A stretch of 64,000 bases of DNA from a virus (taxonomy: Duplodnaviria; Heunggongvirae; Uroviricota; Caudoviricetes). Under the pieces are notes generated by a model, which was not told where the DNA came from, searched no databases, and worked only from the letters and a program-made list of their open reading frames with translations. Positions 1 to 9,906 of this stretch are shown here, in pieces (positions within the stretch are counted from its first letter, which is position 1; every line of letters starts with the position of its first letter). The translations under genes were made by a program, and so were the position numbers. The stretch lies in the IMG/VR virus record IMGVR_UViG_3300023707_000001; one strand, given 5' to 3'.

Positions 1-1
1 A

Positions 2-1336
2 ATCTCATTCGAGCAGAATGCCTTTAAGGTGGAAAATGCGGAAAAGGATGCCGAAATTGAACAGGAATTAATATTCCTCAAAAGAGGCAGATACTTCCTG
101 GACTATAAAGAGGAAGCCGTAAACGACGACCTCGATAAGCGGGTATACATCTTTGATTCAACTGAACCTAGAATTAAAGCCCCAGAGAAAACGAAGTTGA
201 AGTTCGACGAATTGCGTTATGGGAAAATTCCATACTTTGATATGGATAGGGATGGATACGTAAACATTCTTTGGCAGATTGCTTCCGGCCGCATATCCAA
301 TATCGCAATCAAAGATGATTGCCGGCAAGATTTTGTAACAACAGATGAGTCTGCAGAGGAAAAAGAAGGAAGTTACATCCTCTTAAAACTGAAAGGGATA
401 AAGGGGGCAAAATGGGTAGGCGTTATTGAAAAGACGCCGGCCGCAGCATTAACCCAAAAAATCCCATACAGTCTTTTTAGCTATGACGGCATGACGCTCG
501 ATATGGATGTGTCCCATGTAAAACTGGAAAGGCCATACAATTATGCATTCGAGTACATCGATGTAGATACCTGGAAGTTGACAATTACAGAGGTTGGAGA
601 GGACGAAGATGTTGTATACGAACATGTCTATCATTCCAAAAACACATCGGCCAGAATATTTGACAGCATAACGGCAACCATATCCAGCTTCACGCTGATT
701 AAGGAAGACGGGGAAGAAACGGATGTGATTAACCGCAGAACAATTCGCAAAATTGTCCCTGCAGCCGTTAAGGGCCCCATTATTGTCACGGATAGCGACA
801 ATATTCCACTTGACCTTTCTGCCTCGTACCGTATACTCCCGGATGGCCGGGCAATCTTTACCAATTATGAACGTGAGATTTTTGACGTAGCGGAATCGCT
901 GGTACTGGATAAAATTCCGAGCGATGGAGCGGATATTGTACTGTATGGTATTCGTGGTGATGTCGATAGGACTAAGCTGTATCATGTCCGGGACGAAGCG
1001 ATTGTAACCGACATTAGCGCAGCATCACAGCGATACGACTTGATAAGCGGTGACCTGTTCCAGCTTATAGATGGTCAAATCATAAAGCTGGACGACAGTG
1101 TTCTGCATAACGGATATAAAACATTTATCGTGGACTACTTAAAAGATGACAGCTATTGCATAAACATGTCCGAAGATGGCATGGAATATGTGGTCGATAT
1201 TGTTACAAAATCCGGCGTCGTAAATACGCTTTACGATATGGCAGAAGATGGCCGTGTCAGGGCCTACAAGATTGACGAAACAATAAAACCTGGAGATAAC
1301 AGTTACTTAGTATTGAGAAAGGATGAGTTAAGCTGA
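2..1336 (+). CDS. Phage structural-region protein, 5'-partial (frame open from window start)
   Basis: Long acidic ORF; the frame has no stop back to nt 2; first of a tightly coupled + strand operon. Confidence 0.6.
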   Translation: MSFEQNAFKVENAEKDAEIEQELIFLKRGRYFLDYKEEAVNDDLDKRVYIFDSTEPRIKAPEKTKLKFDELRYGKIPYFDMDRDGYVNILWQIASGRISNIAIKDDCRQDFVTTDESAEEKEGSYILLKLKGIKGAKWVGVIEKTPAAALTQKIPYSLFSYDGMTLDMDVSHVKLERPYNYAFEYIDVDTWKLTITEVGEDEDVVYEHVYHSKNTSARIFDSITATISSFTLIKEDGEETDVINRRTIRKIVPAAVKGPIIVTDSDNIPLDLSASYRILPDGRAIFTNYEREIFDVAESLVLDKIPSDGADIVLYGIRGDVDRTKLYHVRDEAIVTDISAASQRYDLISGDLFQLIDGQIIKLDDSVLHNGYKTFIVDYLKDDSYCINMSEDGMEYVVDIVTKSGVVNTLYDMAEDGRVRAYKIDETIKPGDNSYLVLRKDELS

Positions 1337-3108
1337 AAATATATCCATCTCCGCATGTTGTGCGGGCAACAAAAAAACCTGGCTTTTTAGACATCCCGCT
1401 CTCACACGTTGAAAAAGACTACCATCCCCAGAAAATTGTTGTCGAAGTAGAACCCGATTTTTCCGTGGGGAAAGAAACTTATGTTGCTCCATACCAATGG
1501 TTTACGACCCGAAACTTTATTGCATTTGACGAGAACAGGCAGGCAGTTGACCTGCCACTCCGTCACAGCAATCACCGGTTTATTTATGAGCCGGCCGGAT
1601 ATAAGGAATTTACACCAGAAGAATTTACATTCTCCTGTATGGTGAAACGCGATGACCGTTATTCCAGTATCAACGACTACAATATGCATATTGGTGTTCT
1701 GAATCAGACAGGAGCAAAAGATTTTGCTTCAACGATTATTGCGATATTCGGTGACGCCTCTTACCGTGGGGTATCACCAGCCAACGTAAAAGTAAATGGC
1801 CGTGACACCAACCCGGAAAGCCTCCTTGTAAAAGATACGGAAAATCTTGACTGGATTATCATTCAGTCAAAAGACGGTGTGCAAACCAAGGACGGCAGCA
1901 TTGCTGAGCTTGATTACGAAACCATAATGAAGAACGGGTGCAATGTTTGGGTTACACTCTCGGATGAAGGCATGGCTGCCTTTATGGATAAGAGCAAGGA
2001 TGCTTACACGATAAAGGCGGAAGACCTTGGTGTGAATGAACTCGGTGGAAAAACGGAGTATTCATTCTTCGCAGATTACGGGTATGTAATAAAAGAGAAT
2101 GTTAATTACGATGAAAACCTGAACACGGGCGCACTGAGCGTTATCCTTGACGGAAACGGAAAGAGTGCTCCAATGGCAATACTGGAAAAACCGGACCGAG
2201 GATACATTGTAATCTCCCATGAAAAGATTTTTTCGGAAAGAAACATCAAAACTTACGCACCGCTGATTTACAACATTTTGGTTTCCTGTTTTCTCAACGG
2301 GTATACGAGAACAAGGACGCAGTATTTGTGGATAACCAATGACGTTGTTGATTATATCGGTTCAACCAATACTCCATTGAGGAGAAAACACCCGGCTGTA
2401 AATATCCGAAAAGAAGTTGACTCTAAAATAGAAAATTTCCGCATCGTCGAGTATAGTATCGATAAAGCAGACGTAATGCTTGACATGATTGATAAAAACG
2501 GCGAAGTGTATTTCAGCAAGCTCTTGATAACAGACCCTCCGCGTCAAAACGGAGATATATCCGTATATACAACGCAGGGGACAGTTATGCTGCATAAACA
2601 GACACAGTATAGCCTTATTGAAGATGAGGTGCATCTGCTTACGGAAATCAATGACGAAAATTGTTATGTCACGGTGGAACCGTTCGTATCATCTTCCAAC
2701 CGACTGGTTTTAAGCAAGCCAAAACGGATGAAGATTGAGTACATTGATATGACCTATGATGTATATGCCCTTCCGATTGGCGTAGATGGTGAATCGGAAG
2801 TTATGCTGATAGAGCGCAGCAAATGGCAAACCATGGGCGCCGCAGTTAGAATAGCGAGTGTACATGTTGAATTTGTTGGCGAGCCTGCAGCATATGATAT
2901 CCGTCAGCTCGGAGGAGGCCTCCCTGCAGAATATACAGATTATGAAATGATGGATGTTGGGCATATTAAAGGGCGGCCATACCGTGTTGGTGTAAGCGCC
3001 GTTATAGAACTGCCGAAAAATTATCGTGAATACGATGCAAGAATCAAAGAGTCAGTAGACCGCTACAAAGTGGCCGCAGACCAAATTTATGTAACTTACA
3101 AGAATTGA
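1333..3108 (+). CDS. Putative baseplate/tail structural protein (start possibly CTG at 1333 overlapping the upstream TGA; track start 1360)
   Basis: 582+ aa ORF; C-terminal DIRQLGGGLP...GRPYR motif; translational coupling on both sides. Confidence 0.5.
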   Translation: MKIYPSPHVVRATKKPGFLDIPLSHVEKDYHPQKIVVEVEPDFSVGKETYVAPYQWFTTRNFIAFDENRQAVDLPLRHSNHRFIYEPAGYKEFTPEEFTFSCMVKRDDRYSSINDYNMHIGVLNQTGAKDFASTIIAIFGDASYRGVSPANVKVNGRDTNPESLLVKDTENLDWIIIQSKDGVQTKDGSIAELDYETIMKNGCNVWVTLSDEGMAAFMDKSKDAYTIKAEDLGVNELGGKTEYSFFADYGYVIKENVNYDENLNTGALSVILDGNGKSAPMAILEKPDRGYIVISHEKIFSERNIKTYAPLIYNILVSCFLNGYTRTRTQYLWITNDVVDYIGSTNTPLRRKHPAVNIRKEVDSKIENFRIVEYSIDKADVMLDMIDKNGEVYFSKLLITDPPRQNGDISVYTTQGTVMLHKQTQYSLIEDEVHLLTEINDENCYVTVEPFVSSSNRLVLSKPKRMKIEYIDMTYDVYALPIGVDGESEVMLIERSKWQTMGAAVRIASVHVEFVGEPAAYDIRQLGGGLPAEYTDYEMMDVGHIKGRPYRVGVSAVIELPKNYREYDARIKESVDRYKVAADQIYVTYKN

Positions 3109-5078
3109 GGCATCAAATGATAGAAAATAAATTAAAGGTGATAGACTTCTCTGCAGCCTTGCGGTCAGAACCTCTTAATTACAACTTTGATATCGTAAAG
3201 GGATGGGTTGACCGTGAACGCCTCCGCACAGGAGGTTACGGATTGGTAGAAGGTTTTGATATCTCCTATGCGGGAAATTATTTCGTGGATATTGGTGAAG
3301 GTATTCTAATTGACATGGCCGGCGAAGAAATCATTGTGCCGCCCACCAGACTTCAGTTCGCACCGCCCATGTATGAAAGAATTACAGAACGTGTACAGGT
3401 ATCGGAAGATGGTGAAATTCTGCTCAAGTATACGCCCTATTCTCCATCCGCAGAAGGACTGATATTTGTAAATGCTTATCGGGCAACCAATTACAAACCG
3501 GAAGAGCTTGTCATTAGGGAACCGAGTGGTACGCTCGGCAACCTGAAAGCTATCAATGTAGATGGCAGAAAGATTGGCGTTACTACTCGTGCTGCCGGCC
3601 TGATTGTCGAAGTAGAGTATTGCTACTGCAATGACCGTGTGGATGCCATTATGATTAATGATAAGGCCCAGTACAGCACAGAGTTTGGTATTAATGCAGA
3701 GTCGCCAAGTGCTGCCAACGTAAATCTCGATAAAAGATTCTTAATTGCTTTTGCGCACTGGATTATCGGCGAGACGATTGATGTGGAATTTATCGTTGAC
3801 GATAGAACATACCGAAAGGTATACGTTGACCGATTAAACCGCCTCTTCTTAAACGGCAAACTTTACCAGGAACCACGCTTTATCTATTTTGTGGAGCCGG
3901 AATCTCCCGAAGAAAATGATATCTGGTATGACTACGACAGCAATACCTTAAACATCTGGTCCAGAACAAATGGTGTATGGGGCTGGCGCATTATGAACGA
4001 TTTTACGAATGTGCCGCTTAGAACCATAAAAATGTGGACGGTAAAAGAATTCCCTGAAGACGGCCAGACCTTCCTGTTCGATGAAAGCGAAACGAATCTT
4101 CGGTTTATCCCCAACACGAATGCACTGGAAATCACCATTGACCAGCAGGTTGTTATGGCTGACCAGTTTACTGAGGTAGTGCAGGCGGGAACAAAACCAT
4201 ATTTATCATCCGGTATCGGCTTCAAGCTGGTTGAGCCTTTGGACAGGCCAACTGTTGTACAGTGCGTAGTTCATCATGTTGTAAAAAATGCTCCGTTAAA
4301 AAACGTGTTCCAGCGGGCGGCAATTTTTACGGCAGAGAACTTCTTCCCGTATAATGCAGCAATAAACCCGGACAAGATTTTTGTAACTGACCTTCCGTAT
4401 GCGATTAAGGCAAGTCAGCTTGAGGTATTTGTGGATGGCCGCAGACTGATTCGCGACCTGGACTTTGCTGAAATGGTAGATGGTGAAAAGAACGCTACTG
4501 ATTCGGACAAGGATGTTACAACAAAATACTTCCGCATCATGTGTCCAATTGAGGATGGGCAACAGGTTTCTTATAAAATTTCCCGTTATGTCTGGAGCTA
4601 TGACCAGCTTAACGAAATGATGAACGAGATTGAACAGAAGGCTGATAAGGCCCTGAAAGACCTGACCACACTCAATGATAAGGTTGATACGATGTCTGAT
4701 AATATCGGCAAAGTATTGGACTCCTTAAAAGAGAGAATGGAAAATGCGGAAGCAAAACTTGAAACGCTGAAAGAGTACAGAAAGACATCGGAAAAGATAA
4801 AGGTAGACGACCTGGCTGACGATTTACGCAAAGGCGTTATCAAGTCTCGCGCACAGATGGTATTTAACGCTTCCAATATTGATAACACAATTGCGGATTG
4901 CAAAAAAGAAGATTATGTACATATCGTGTGTGTTAATAACGAAGGTGTCGTACCGCTCAATGAGGATTCCGAGTATAGTCTCGTCTATGTAGAAGACGGC
5001 GCGATTATTGATTTGGAATCCGAATGGATGTCTCCGGATAATACTTTGTATGTAAACATTATCCGCATAGGACGATGA
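3105..5078 (+). CDS. Putative virion/tail structural protein with coiled-coil C-terminus
   Basis: EPESPEENDIWYD motif typical of tail-fibre proteins; LEVFVDGRRL beta domain; heptad-rich C-terminal region. Confidence 0.55.
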   Translation: MRHQMIENKLKVIDFSAALRSEPLNYNFDIVKGWVDRERLRTGGYGLVEGFDISYAGNYFVDIGEGILIDMAGEEIIVPPTRLQFAPPMYERITERVQVSEDGEILLKYTPYSPSAEGLIFVNAYRATNYKPEELVIREPSGTLGNLKAINVDGRKIGVTTRAAGLIVEVEYCYCNDRVDAIMINDKAQYSTEFGINAESPSAANVNLDKRFLIAFAHWIIGETIDVEFIVDDRTYRKVYVDRLNRLFLNGKLYQEPRFIYFVEPESPEENDIWYDYDSNTLNIWSRTNGVWGWRIMNDFTNVPLRTIKMWTVKEFPEDGQTFLFDESETNLRFIPNTNALEITIDQQVVMADQFTEVVQAGTKPYLSSGIGFKLVEPLDRPTVVQCVVHHVVKNAPLKNVFQRAAIFTAENFFPYNAAINPDKIFVTDLPYAIKASQLEVFVDGRRLIRDLDFAEMVDGEKNATDSDKDVTTKYFRIMCPIEDGQQVSYKISRYVWSYDQLNEMMNEIEQKADKALKDLTTLNDKVDTMSDNIGKVLDSLKERMENAEAKLETLKEYRKTSEKIKVDDLADDLRKGVIKSRAQMVFNASNIDNTIADCKKEDYVHIVCVNNEGVVPLNEDSEYSLVYVEDGAIIDLESEWMSPDNTLYVNIIRIGR

Positions 5079-5103
5079 CCTGATTTTGGAGGTAATGTAG
5101 GAC

Positions 5104-5553
5104 ATGGAAAAACCCTCAATAACATGGTTTGTTCGGCGCGAGCAGGAAGATAATTACGAAGAAACAAGTGACTTCTATGCTGGCTCGTACAATCAGGAGG
5201 ATAACCTGGAAATAGAGTTCATGATTTGGAACAATCGGTATGGTACAGAGCGTGTCGCGGATTTGAAGGATTTCGGCATCACGGTATCATTTGACCACGA
5301 AGAGGACGGGAGCCTGCTTAAGTACTGTCAGTTTGTATTAAACGGTGGTTACTGGCTCACGCCACAAGTGGCAGGCAATGAAGCCACGGTACAATTTCCG
5401 AAGGATACTATATTAAGTGGCGCAATCAATAATGGGGAGTTGGGTAACTCTGAAAATTACCTGACGCTCAAAATGATCTTGGCTGTTCCGTCAGGAAAGA
5501 AACTGAAGATGAACGATATCAAGGGCATGACTTTTAGTGTTACAAACTTATAA
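5104..5553 (+). CDS. Hypothetical structural-region protein
   Basis: 149-aa ORF with GGAGG/AGGA upstream. Confidence 0.55.
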   Translation: MEKPSITWFVRREQEDNYEETSDFYAGSYNQEDNLEIEFMIWNNRYGTERVADLKDFGITVSFDHEEDGSLLKYCQFVLNGGYWLTPQVAGNEATVQFPKDTILSGAINNGELGNSENYLTLKMILAVPSGKKLKMNDIKGMTFSVTNL

Positions 5554-5558
5554 AGGGG

Positions 5559-6638
5559 ATGCTGTTCTTGAATAATAAAACCACAATTGGTTTTAATGAC
5601 AATTATCCTTACGGGAATGGCGGAGCAAGCGTCACAGATAGGGTTATTACCGATAAGATGTTGTCTGATTTGGAGCTTCGTCTGGCGGCAGAAGGCCTTC
5701 CGGACAAGCTCAATCAAAAAACACTTGTACTTGACCCTACAACCGGGCAAATTGTAATTGGTGACGGGTCAGGAAATCCCAAAGTAATATCCTGCATAAA
5801 GGTAATTGGTACATTAGACGACCTGCCTGTAACCGGCCTTAATGACATGCTTTATGTCGCCATTTTTGAAAAAGCATTCGCTATTTGGGATAGCAGCAAC
5901 AATGCTTATGTAAAAATGGGAACCGGCGATTCGGGAAGTACCGCGCTGGATAAATCGGTTGAAACATATCCGTCGGTTGCAAATTTCCCGCTCGAAGGCG
6001 AAAAAGACAAACTGTATGTTACATATAGCGGCAAGAGCTACTTCTTTGTTGATGGAAAGTACCGCCCCTTGTTTAGTGGAGGTGTGGATGCTTACACGAA
6101 AGAGGAAGCAGACGAGCTTTTCGCAAAGGAAGAAGTTCTTGGACAAAAGGCAGACGCAGAGTCAGTTTACACAAAGAATGAAGTAGATGACCTTTTAAGC
6201 ACGGTTCAAGCTGAAAAAGGTGAGCAGGGCGAAAAGGGAGACCAAGGTGACCCGGGTAAATCTGCTTATGACATTGCTTCGGAGGCCGGATTTGACGGAA
6301 GCGAAGAAGAATGGCTGGAGTCTCTGCGTGGCGAGCAAGGTGCAGATGGTATTTCTGGACGAGATGGTGCGTCCGCTTACGAGATTGCCAAGAATAACGG
6401 CTTTACTGGGACAGAAGAGGAATGGCTCGAATCCTTAAAGTCGGATGCTGACGTTTCAGTTGTTACACCAGACGATATTGACGCACTCTTTAATGAAAGG
6501 GAAGAGCAGAAGCTGGAAGATGTTCTCTCCGTCGCTTCTCTTGAAGAGGTCGATGCCTTGTTCAAGAATAAGCCAGTCATGGAAGTAGAACCTCTGCGCA
6601 TCGCTTCCCTTGAAGAAATAGATGCTCTTTTTCAATAA
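5559..6638 (+). CDS. Collagen-like tail fibre/appendage protein
   Basis: GXY repeats (GEQGEKGDQGDPG); two SAY(D/E)IA...GFxGxEEEWLESL repeats; three C-terminal (E/D)(I/V)DALF repeats. Confidence 0.7.
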   Translation: MLFLNNKTTIGFNDNYPYGNGGASVTDRVITDKMLSDLELRLAAEGLPDKLNQKTLVLDPTTGQIVIGDGSGNPKVISCIKVIGTLDDLPVTGLNDMLYVAIFEKAFAIWDSSNNAYVKMGTGDSGSTALDKSVETYPSVANFPLEGEKDKLYVTYSGKSYFFVDGKYRPLFSGGVDAYTKEEADELFAKEEVLGQKADAESVYTKNEVDDLLSTVQAEKGEQGEKGDQGDPGKSAYDIASEAGFDGSEEEWLESLRGEQGADGISGRDGASAYEIAKNNGFTGTEEEWLESLKSDADVSVVTPDDIDALFNEREEQKLEDVLSVASLEEVDALFKNKPVMEVEPLRIASLEEIDALFQ

Positions 6639-6666
6639 AATAAAAACGAAAGGAACGGAGTGAAAC

Positions 6667-8097
6667 ATGGATACTCGTCCAGAGGAAGTAACTGAAGAAA
6701 ATATTGATGAAAAATTAATCAACTACGCCGACCTTAGACGTTTTGGTGAAAATATAAATAGGCATTATGCCTCCGTTGGCGTCTTAAAAGCAAAGGCCAA
6801 TATCACCGAAGTGTATACCCGCAAGGAAATCGATGATAAGCTGGCTGATATTTCTGTTGGCGAAGGCGTTAAGGGTGACAAAGGTGACCCCGGAGAACAG
6901 GGCCCAAAAGGTGACCCTGGCCAAGACGGACAAAACGGCCGTGATGGTACAGATGGGAAATCCGCCTTTGAAATCGCAAAAGAGAATGGCTTTGCAGGGA
7001 GCGAAGCAGAGTGGCTGAAATCACTGCAGGGAACCCCTGGCACAAATGGAGTTTCGGGACAAGATGGTGAGTCTGCTTACGAAATTGCCGTAAGAAATGG
7101 TTTTAAGGGCACAGAAAAAGAATGGCTGGAGTCCTTAAAGGGAGAAGGCGGCACGCCTGCAGACCCCATCGATACAACAAATTTTGTACAGAAGAATGAA
7201 CTGGAAGGATATGCTACGAAGGAAGACATCCCCGATGTTACCGGACTTGCCAAGAAAAGTGACATCCCGGATGTATCCAACTTAGCAAAAAAGAGCGATA
7301 TTCCTGATGTATCAAACCTTGCTACAAAGGATGATATTCCTGACCTTACAGGCTATGCTAAAGCTGAAGATATTCCCAAGCAGAAAACATTGGCGGAGCT
7401 GGGCGGCGTAACACAGACCGGCGTTGAGGCAATCATTCAGGCAAAAGATTTTACATCCACTGACGTTGTAAGGCAAATGATTGAAGCTGCCATTGCTGAG
7501 GCCTTGAAGAATAATGGTGGCAATAGTGGCAGTGGCGAGAGCGGTAGCGGCGGTAATAGTGGCAGCGACACTCCAGAACCGGAGCCTACTCCGCAACCAT
7601 CACTGCCTCAATTTGATGAAAGCGACTACGCATGGACGCACTACTTTGTAGTTCCGGCCGGCTGTCATTTTATAACTGACCATGCCAGCACCTTCTTCGG
7701 TGACCCGCTAACACCGGAAGACCTGTTTGGTCCCAACTATGACATGAAGAATGCTACAACCGAAATTCGTGTACTTGGTACATTGAGAGATAACGAAAAC
7801 ACCGAAACGGTGGTTGATGACGCCATTAAAGGGCGCACAATCGGTTACGACTTCACCGAGTATTATAAAGAGGGCTTAAGGGTGCCGCTGGATGCTGCCG
7901 AAGGGGTAGACGTGGATGGCTTCTGTAAAGAGCTCGATAGGGTTTGCCGTTGGAACGATGGCGCCATTAGCCACGACGGTGAAGAGATAATGGAAACAAC
8001 CTTGATGACTTCCGGATGTGGACTCCTATATATCATCCGTAAGCTGAAAGATGGCAAGACGTTCCCCGAGTATACAATTGGTGAAAAACTCAAATAA
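6667..8097 (+). CDS. Collagen-like tail fibre/appendage protein
   Basis: GXY repeats; SA(F/Y)EIA...EWLxSL repeats; 11-aa AKKSDIPDVSN repeats; Gly/Ser and PEP linker before a globular C-terminal domain. Confidence 0.7.
   Translation: MDTRPEEVTEENIDEKLINYADLRRFGENINRHYASVGVLKAKANITEVYTRKEIDDKLADISVGEGVKGDKGDPGEQGPKGDPGQDGQNGRDGTDGKSAFEIAKENGFAGSEAEWLKSLQGTPGTNGVSGQDGESAYEIAVRNGFKGTEKEWLESLKGEGGTPADPIDTTNFVQKNELEGYATKEDIPDVTGLAKKSDIPDVSNLAKKSDIPDVSNLATKDDIPDLTGYAKAEDIPKQKTLAELGGVTQTGVEAIIQAKDFTSTDVVRQMIEAAIAEALKNNGGNSGSGESGSGGNSGSDTPEPEPTPQPSLPQFDESDYAWTHYFVVPAGCHFITDHASTFFGDPLTPEDLFGPNYDMKNATTEIRVLGTLRDNENTETVVDDAIKGRTIGYDFTEYYKEGLRVPLDAAEGVDVDGFCKELDRVCRWNDGAISHDGEEIMETTLMTSGCGLLYIIRKLKDGKTFPEYTIGEKLK
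7210..7380 (+). repeat. 33-nt coding tandem repeat (about 5 copies of xAxKxDIPDxxx)
   Basis: YATKEDIPDVTG LAKKSDIPDVSN LAKKSDIPDVSN LATKDDIPDLTG YAKAEDIP. Confidence 0.8.
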
Positions 8098-8123
8098 GAA
8101 GTAAAGGAAAAGGAGCTCGTTGA

Positions 8124-8717
8124 ATGTATTCGAATAACGACGAACCGACAAAAAGCTTTAACGAGCTTCAATCCGATATACTCGGGGAGAAGCTTACAAG
8201 CAACCCATTGATGACAGCGCACAAGCTGGTCGGAAAAAACAAAGCTTTAAATACGAAACAGAAAACCATAGTCAATGCTATTAATGAAGTGTTGGCAACT
8301 ATGGAAAGAATTGAAGCAGCCACAGATAAAGACCTGAAATCGATGTATTCGTATTTGGGCTCGTTTAACACGAAACCAACTCTTATCAATGAGTTAAGTT
8401 CGAGGGATGCAGACTCCGTATTGTCGCTTGCAATGAAAGCTTACGATGATGTCCAAGAAATAAAAGATATTGCAAAAGATGATTATGAGGATGTGTTCCA
8501 TGTCGGTGAAGGGGAAACACAGTCTGTATTCAAATTATCCTACAAACCTATTGGTAAAATCCGTATGTATATCGACGGCATAAGATACTTCCATGATTGC
8601 ATCTCATATAATGCGGAAACAAACGAAGTGACTTGGATTAACGACTCGTCAAAAACTGAAGGGTTCGACATTACAGACGCAGACGTTGTTTTTGAATACG
8701 ACTGTATAAAAGAATAA
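8124..8717 (+). CDS. Structural-region protein
   Basis: LNTKQKTIVNAINEV motif common in phage tail-fibre proteins; AAGGAG RBS. Confidence 0.55.
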   Translation: MYSNNDEPTKSFNELQSDILGEKLTSNPLMTAHKLVGKNKALNTKQKTIVNAINEVLATMERIEAATDKDLKSMYSYLGSFNTKPTLINELSSRDADSVLSLAMKAYDDVQEIKDIAKDDYEDVFHVGEGETQSVFKLSYKPIGKIRMYIDGIRYFHDCISYNAETNEVTWINDSSKTEGFDITDADVVFEYDCIKE

Positions 8718-8722
8718 AGAAG

Positions 8723-9046
8723 GTGGCAACAATTTTCCTCACAAGATTAAAACAGATTACAAAAGGCGAAAAAGCGATATTTCGCATGGAGCAGGTTGAT
8801 GATGGAAAGAGTAAGCTCACCGGGAGCCTGTTGCTTGGCATAGGTGCTGTCGAAAGAAACAAGGAGTATTCAGTAGGAGAAAACCTGTTTAATGCAGGGA
8901 ATAGCATCGACTTCGGGTCAATTCTTGAATGTGTTAAGGCAGGAAAAACAGGCGATACTCCTATCACTATCCCAGACAATGCAAAAACTGGAGACGTCTT
9001 TAGTGACGGAGAAGTTGAATGGAGGCTCACAAAAGTCTACATTTGA
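8723..9046 (+). CDS. Small beta-domain protein, paralog of 54992-55324
   Basis: GAVERNKEY...LECVKAGKTG...DGEVEWRL shared with the 54992 ORF. Confidence 0.55.
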   Translation: MATIFLTRLKQITKGEKAIFRMEQVDDGKSKLTGSLLLGIGAVERNKEYSVGENLFNAGNSIDFGSILECVKAGKTGDTPITIPDNAKTGDVFSDGEVEWRLTKVYI

Positions 9047-9082
9047 TAAAACATCATAATGCAAAAGCAGCATTGGATAAAA

Positions 9083-9134
9083 ATACAAAACTGCCGTCCA
9101 CATACAATATGTAATGGGGAGGCAGTTTTTGTAT
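9083..9134 (+). terminator. Hairpin / intrinsic terminator
   Basis: ATACAAAACTGCC...GGCAGTTTTTGTAT inverted repeat with T tract. Confidence 0.6.
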
Positions 9135-9220
9135 TATGCAGTTTTCTCCAATAGCGCTCTACTTAATGGTAATACCTGAAAAGAGGATTTGCCGATGAAA
9201 CAGAAAGGATTGGTGGCGAT

Positions 9221-9904
9221 TTGGCTACGAAAACTCGCGGTATACGCAAAGTTAGCGAAAACGTTCTCGCTCCTGGCAGAGCGATAATTATTACCGAAAA
9301 AGATAAAGACAAGTACAAGTGGGGAGACATCCCTGTCGGCTCGAAATTTATCGACACAGCCACGGGAATCGAAATGGTCAAACTCGAAGGCGAGAGCGAC
9401 TGGGTTCCCGCAGGTGTTAAAAATGATGGAACGATTTGTATTTCCAAGGACTCCGTAATCACTTGTGAAATTTACACAATCACGGAAATAGATAAAGATA
9501 AAAGAACATTCCGGTATCATAACGAAGATGGTGAGTATAGGAACTCAACAATGGTTTATGATGAGGAAACCGAAGAGCTGACCTATTTGTTTAAAGTTGA
9601 AAAGGGCGATTTTCAGCCGGGACGAAACCTGCTGCAGGTAACCCTTAATGATGCACTGACCCGTTCCGCTGCATCGGGCGGCTTGGTTGAAATCACAAAC
9701 CGCCACTTTGGTTTCGTTGAAAACCTGGAAGTTGGCGATGAACTCACTGTTATTTATATCCATAAAATCAATATCGGCAATCCATATCCGAGAATTTTCT
9801 ACGGGGGCACGGTTCCTGTTGATGCGGAAGATGGAGACCTCTGGCTTGATACATCTTCGGCACCGTATAACGGAAATGAGATAGTTGAGGTACAAGGGGA
9901 ATAA
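9221..9904 (+). CDS. Structural-region protein; N-terminus paralogous to 15889-16911
   Basis: RGIRKVSENV...GRAII...IPVGSKFID vs QGVHKVSENI...GRGVI...VPDGSIWVN; C-terminal DAEDGDLWLDT fibre motif. Confidence 0.55.
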   Translation: MATKTRGIRKVSENVLAPGRAIIITEKDKDKYKWGDIPVGSKFIDTATGIEMVKLEGESDWVPAGVKNDGTICISKDSVITCEIYTITEIDKDKRTFRYHNEDGEYRNSTMVYDEETEELTYLFKVEKGDFQPGRNLLQVTLNDALTRSAASGGLVEITNRHFGFVENLEVGDELTVIYIHKINIGNPYPRIFYGGTVPVDAEDGDLWLDTSSAPYNGNEIVEVQGE

Positions 9905-9906
9905 AA

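Noticed and set aside
7210-7380. 33-nt periodic repeats as a CRISPR array
   Set aside because: In-frame coding repeats with synonymous variation and no spacers; no cas operon. No CRISPR array, tRNA or rRNA was recognised in the window
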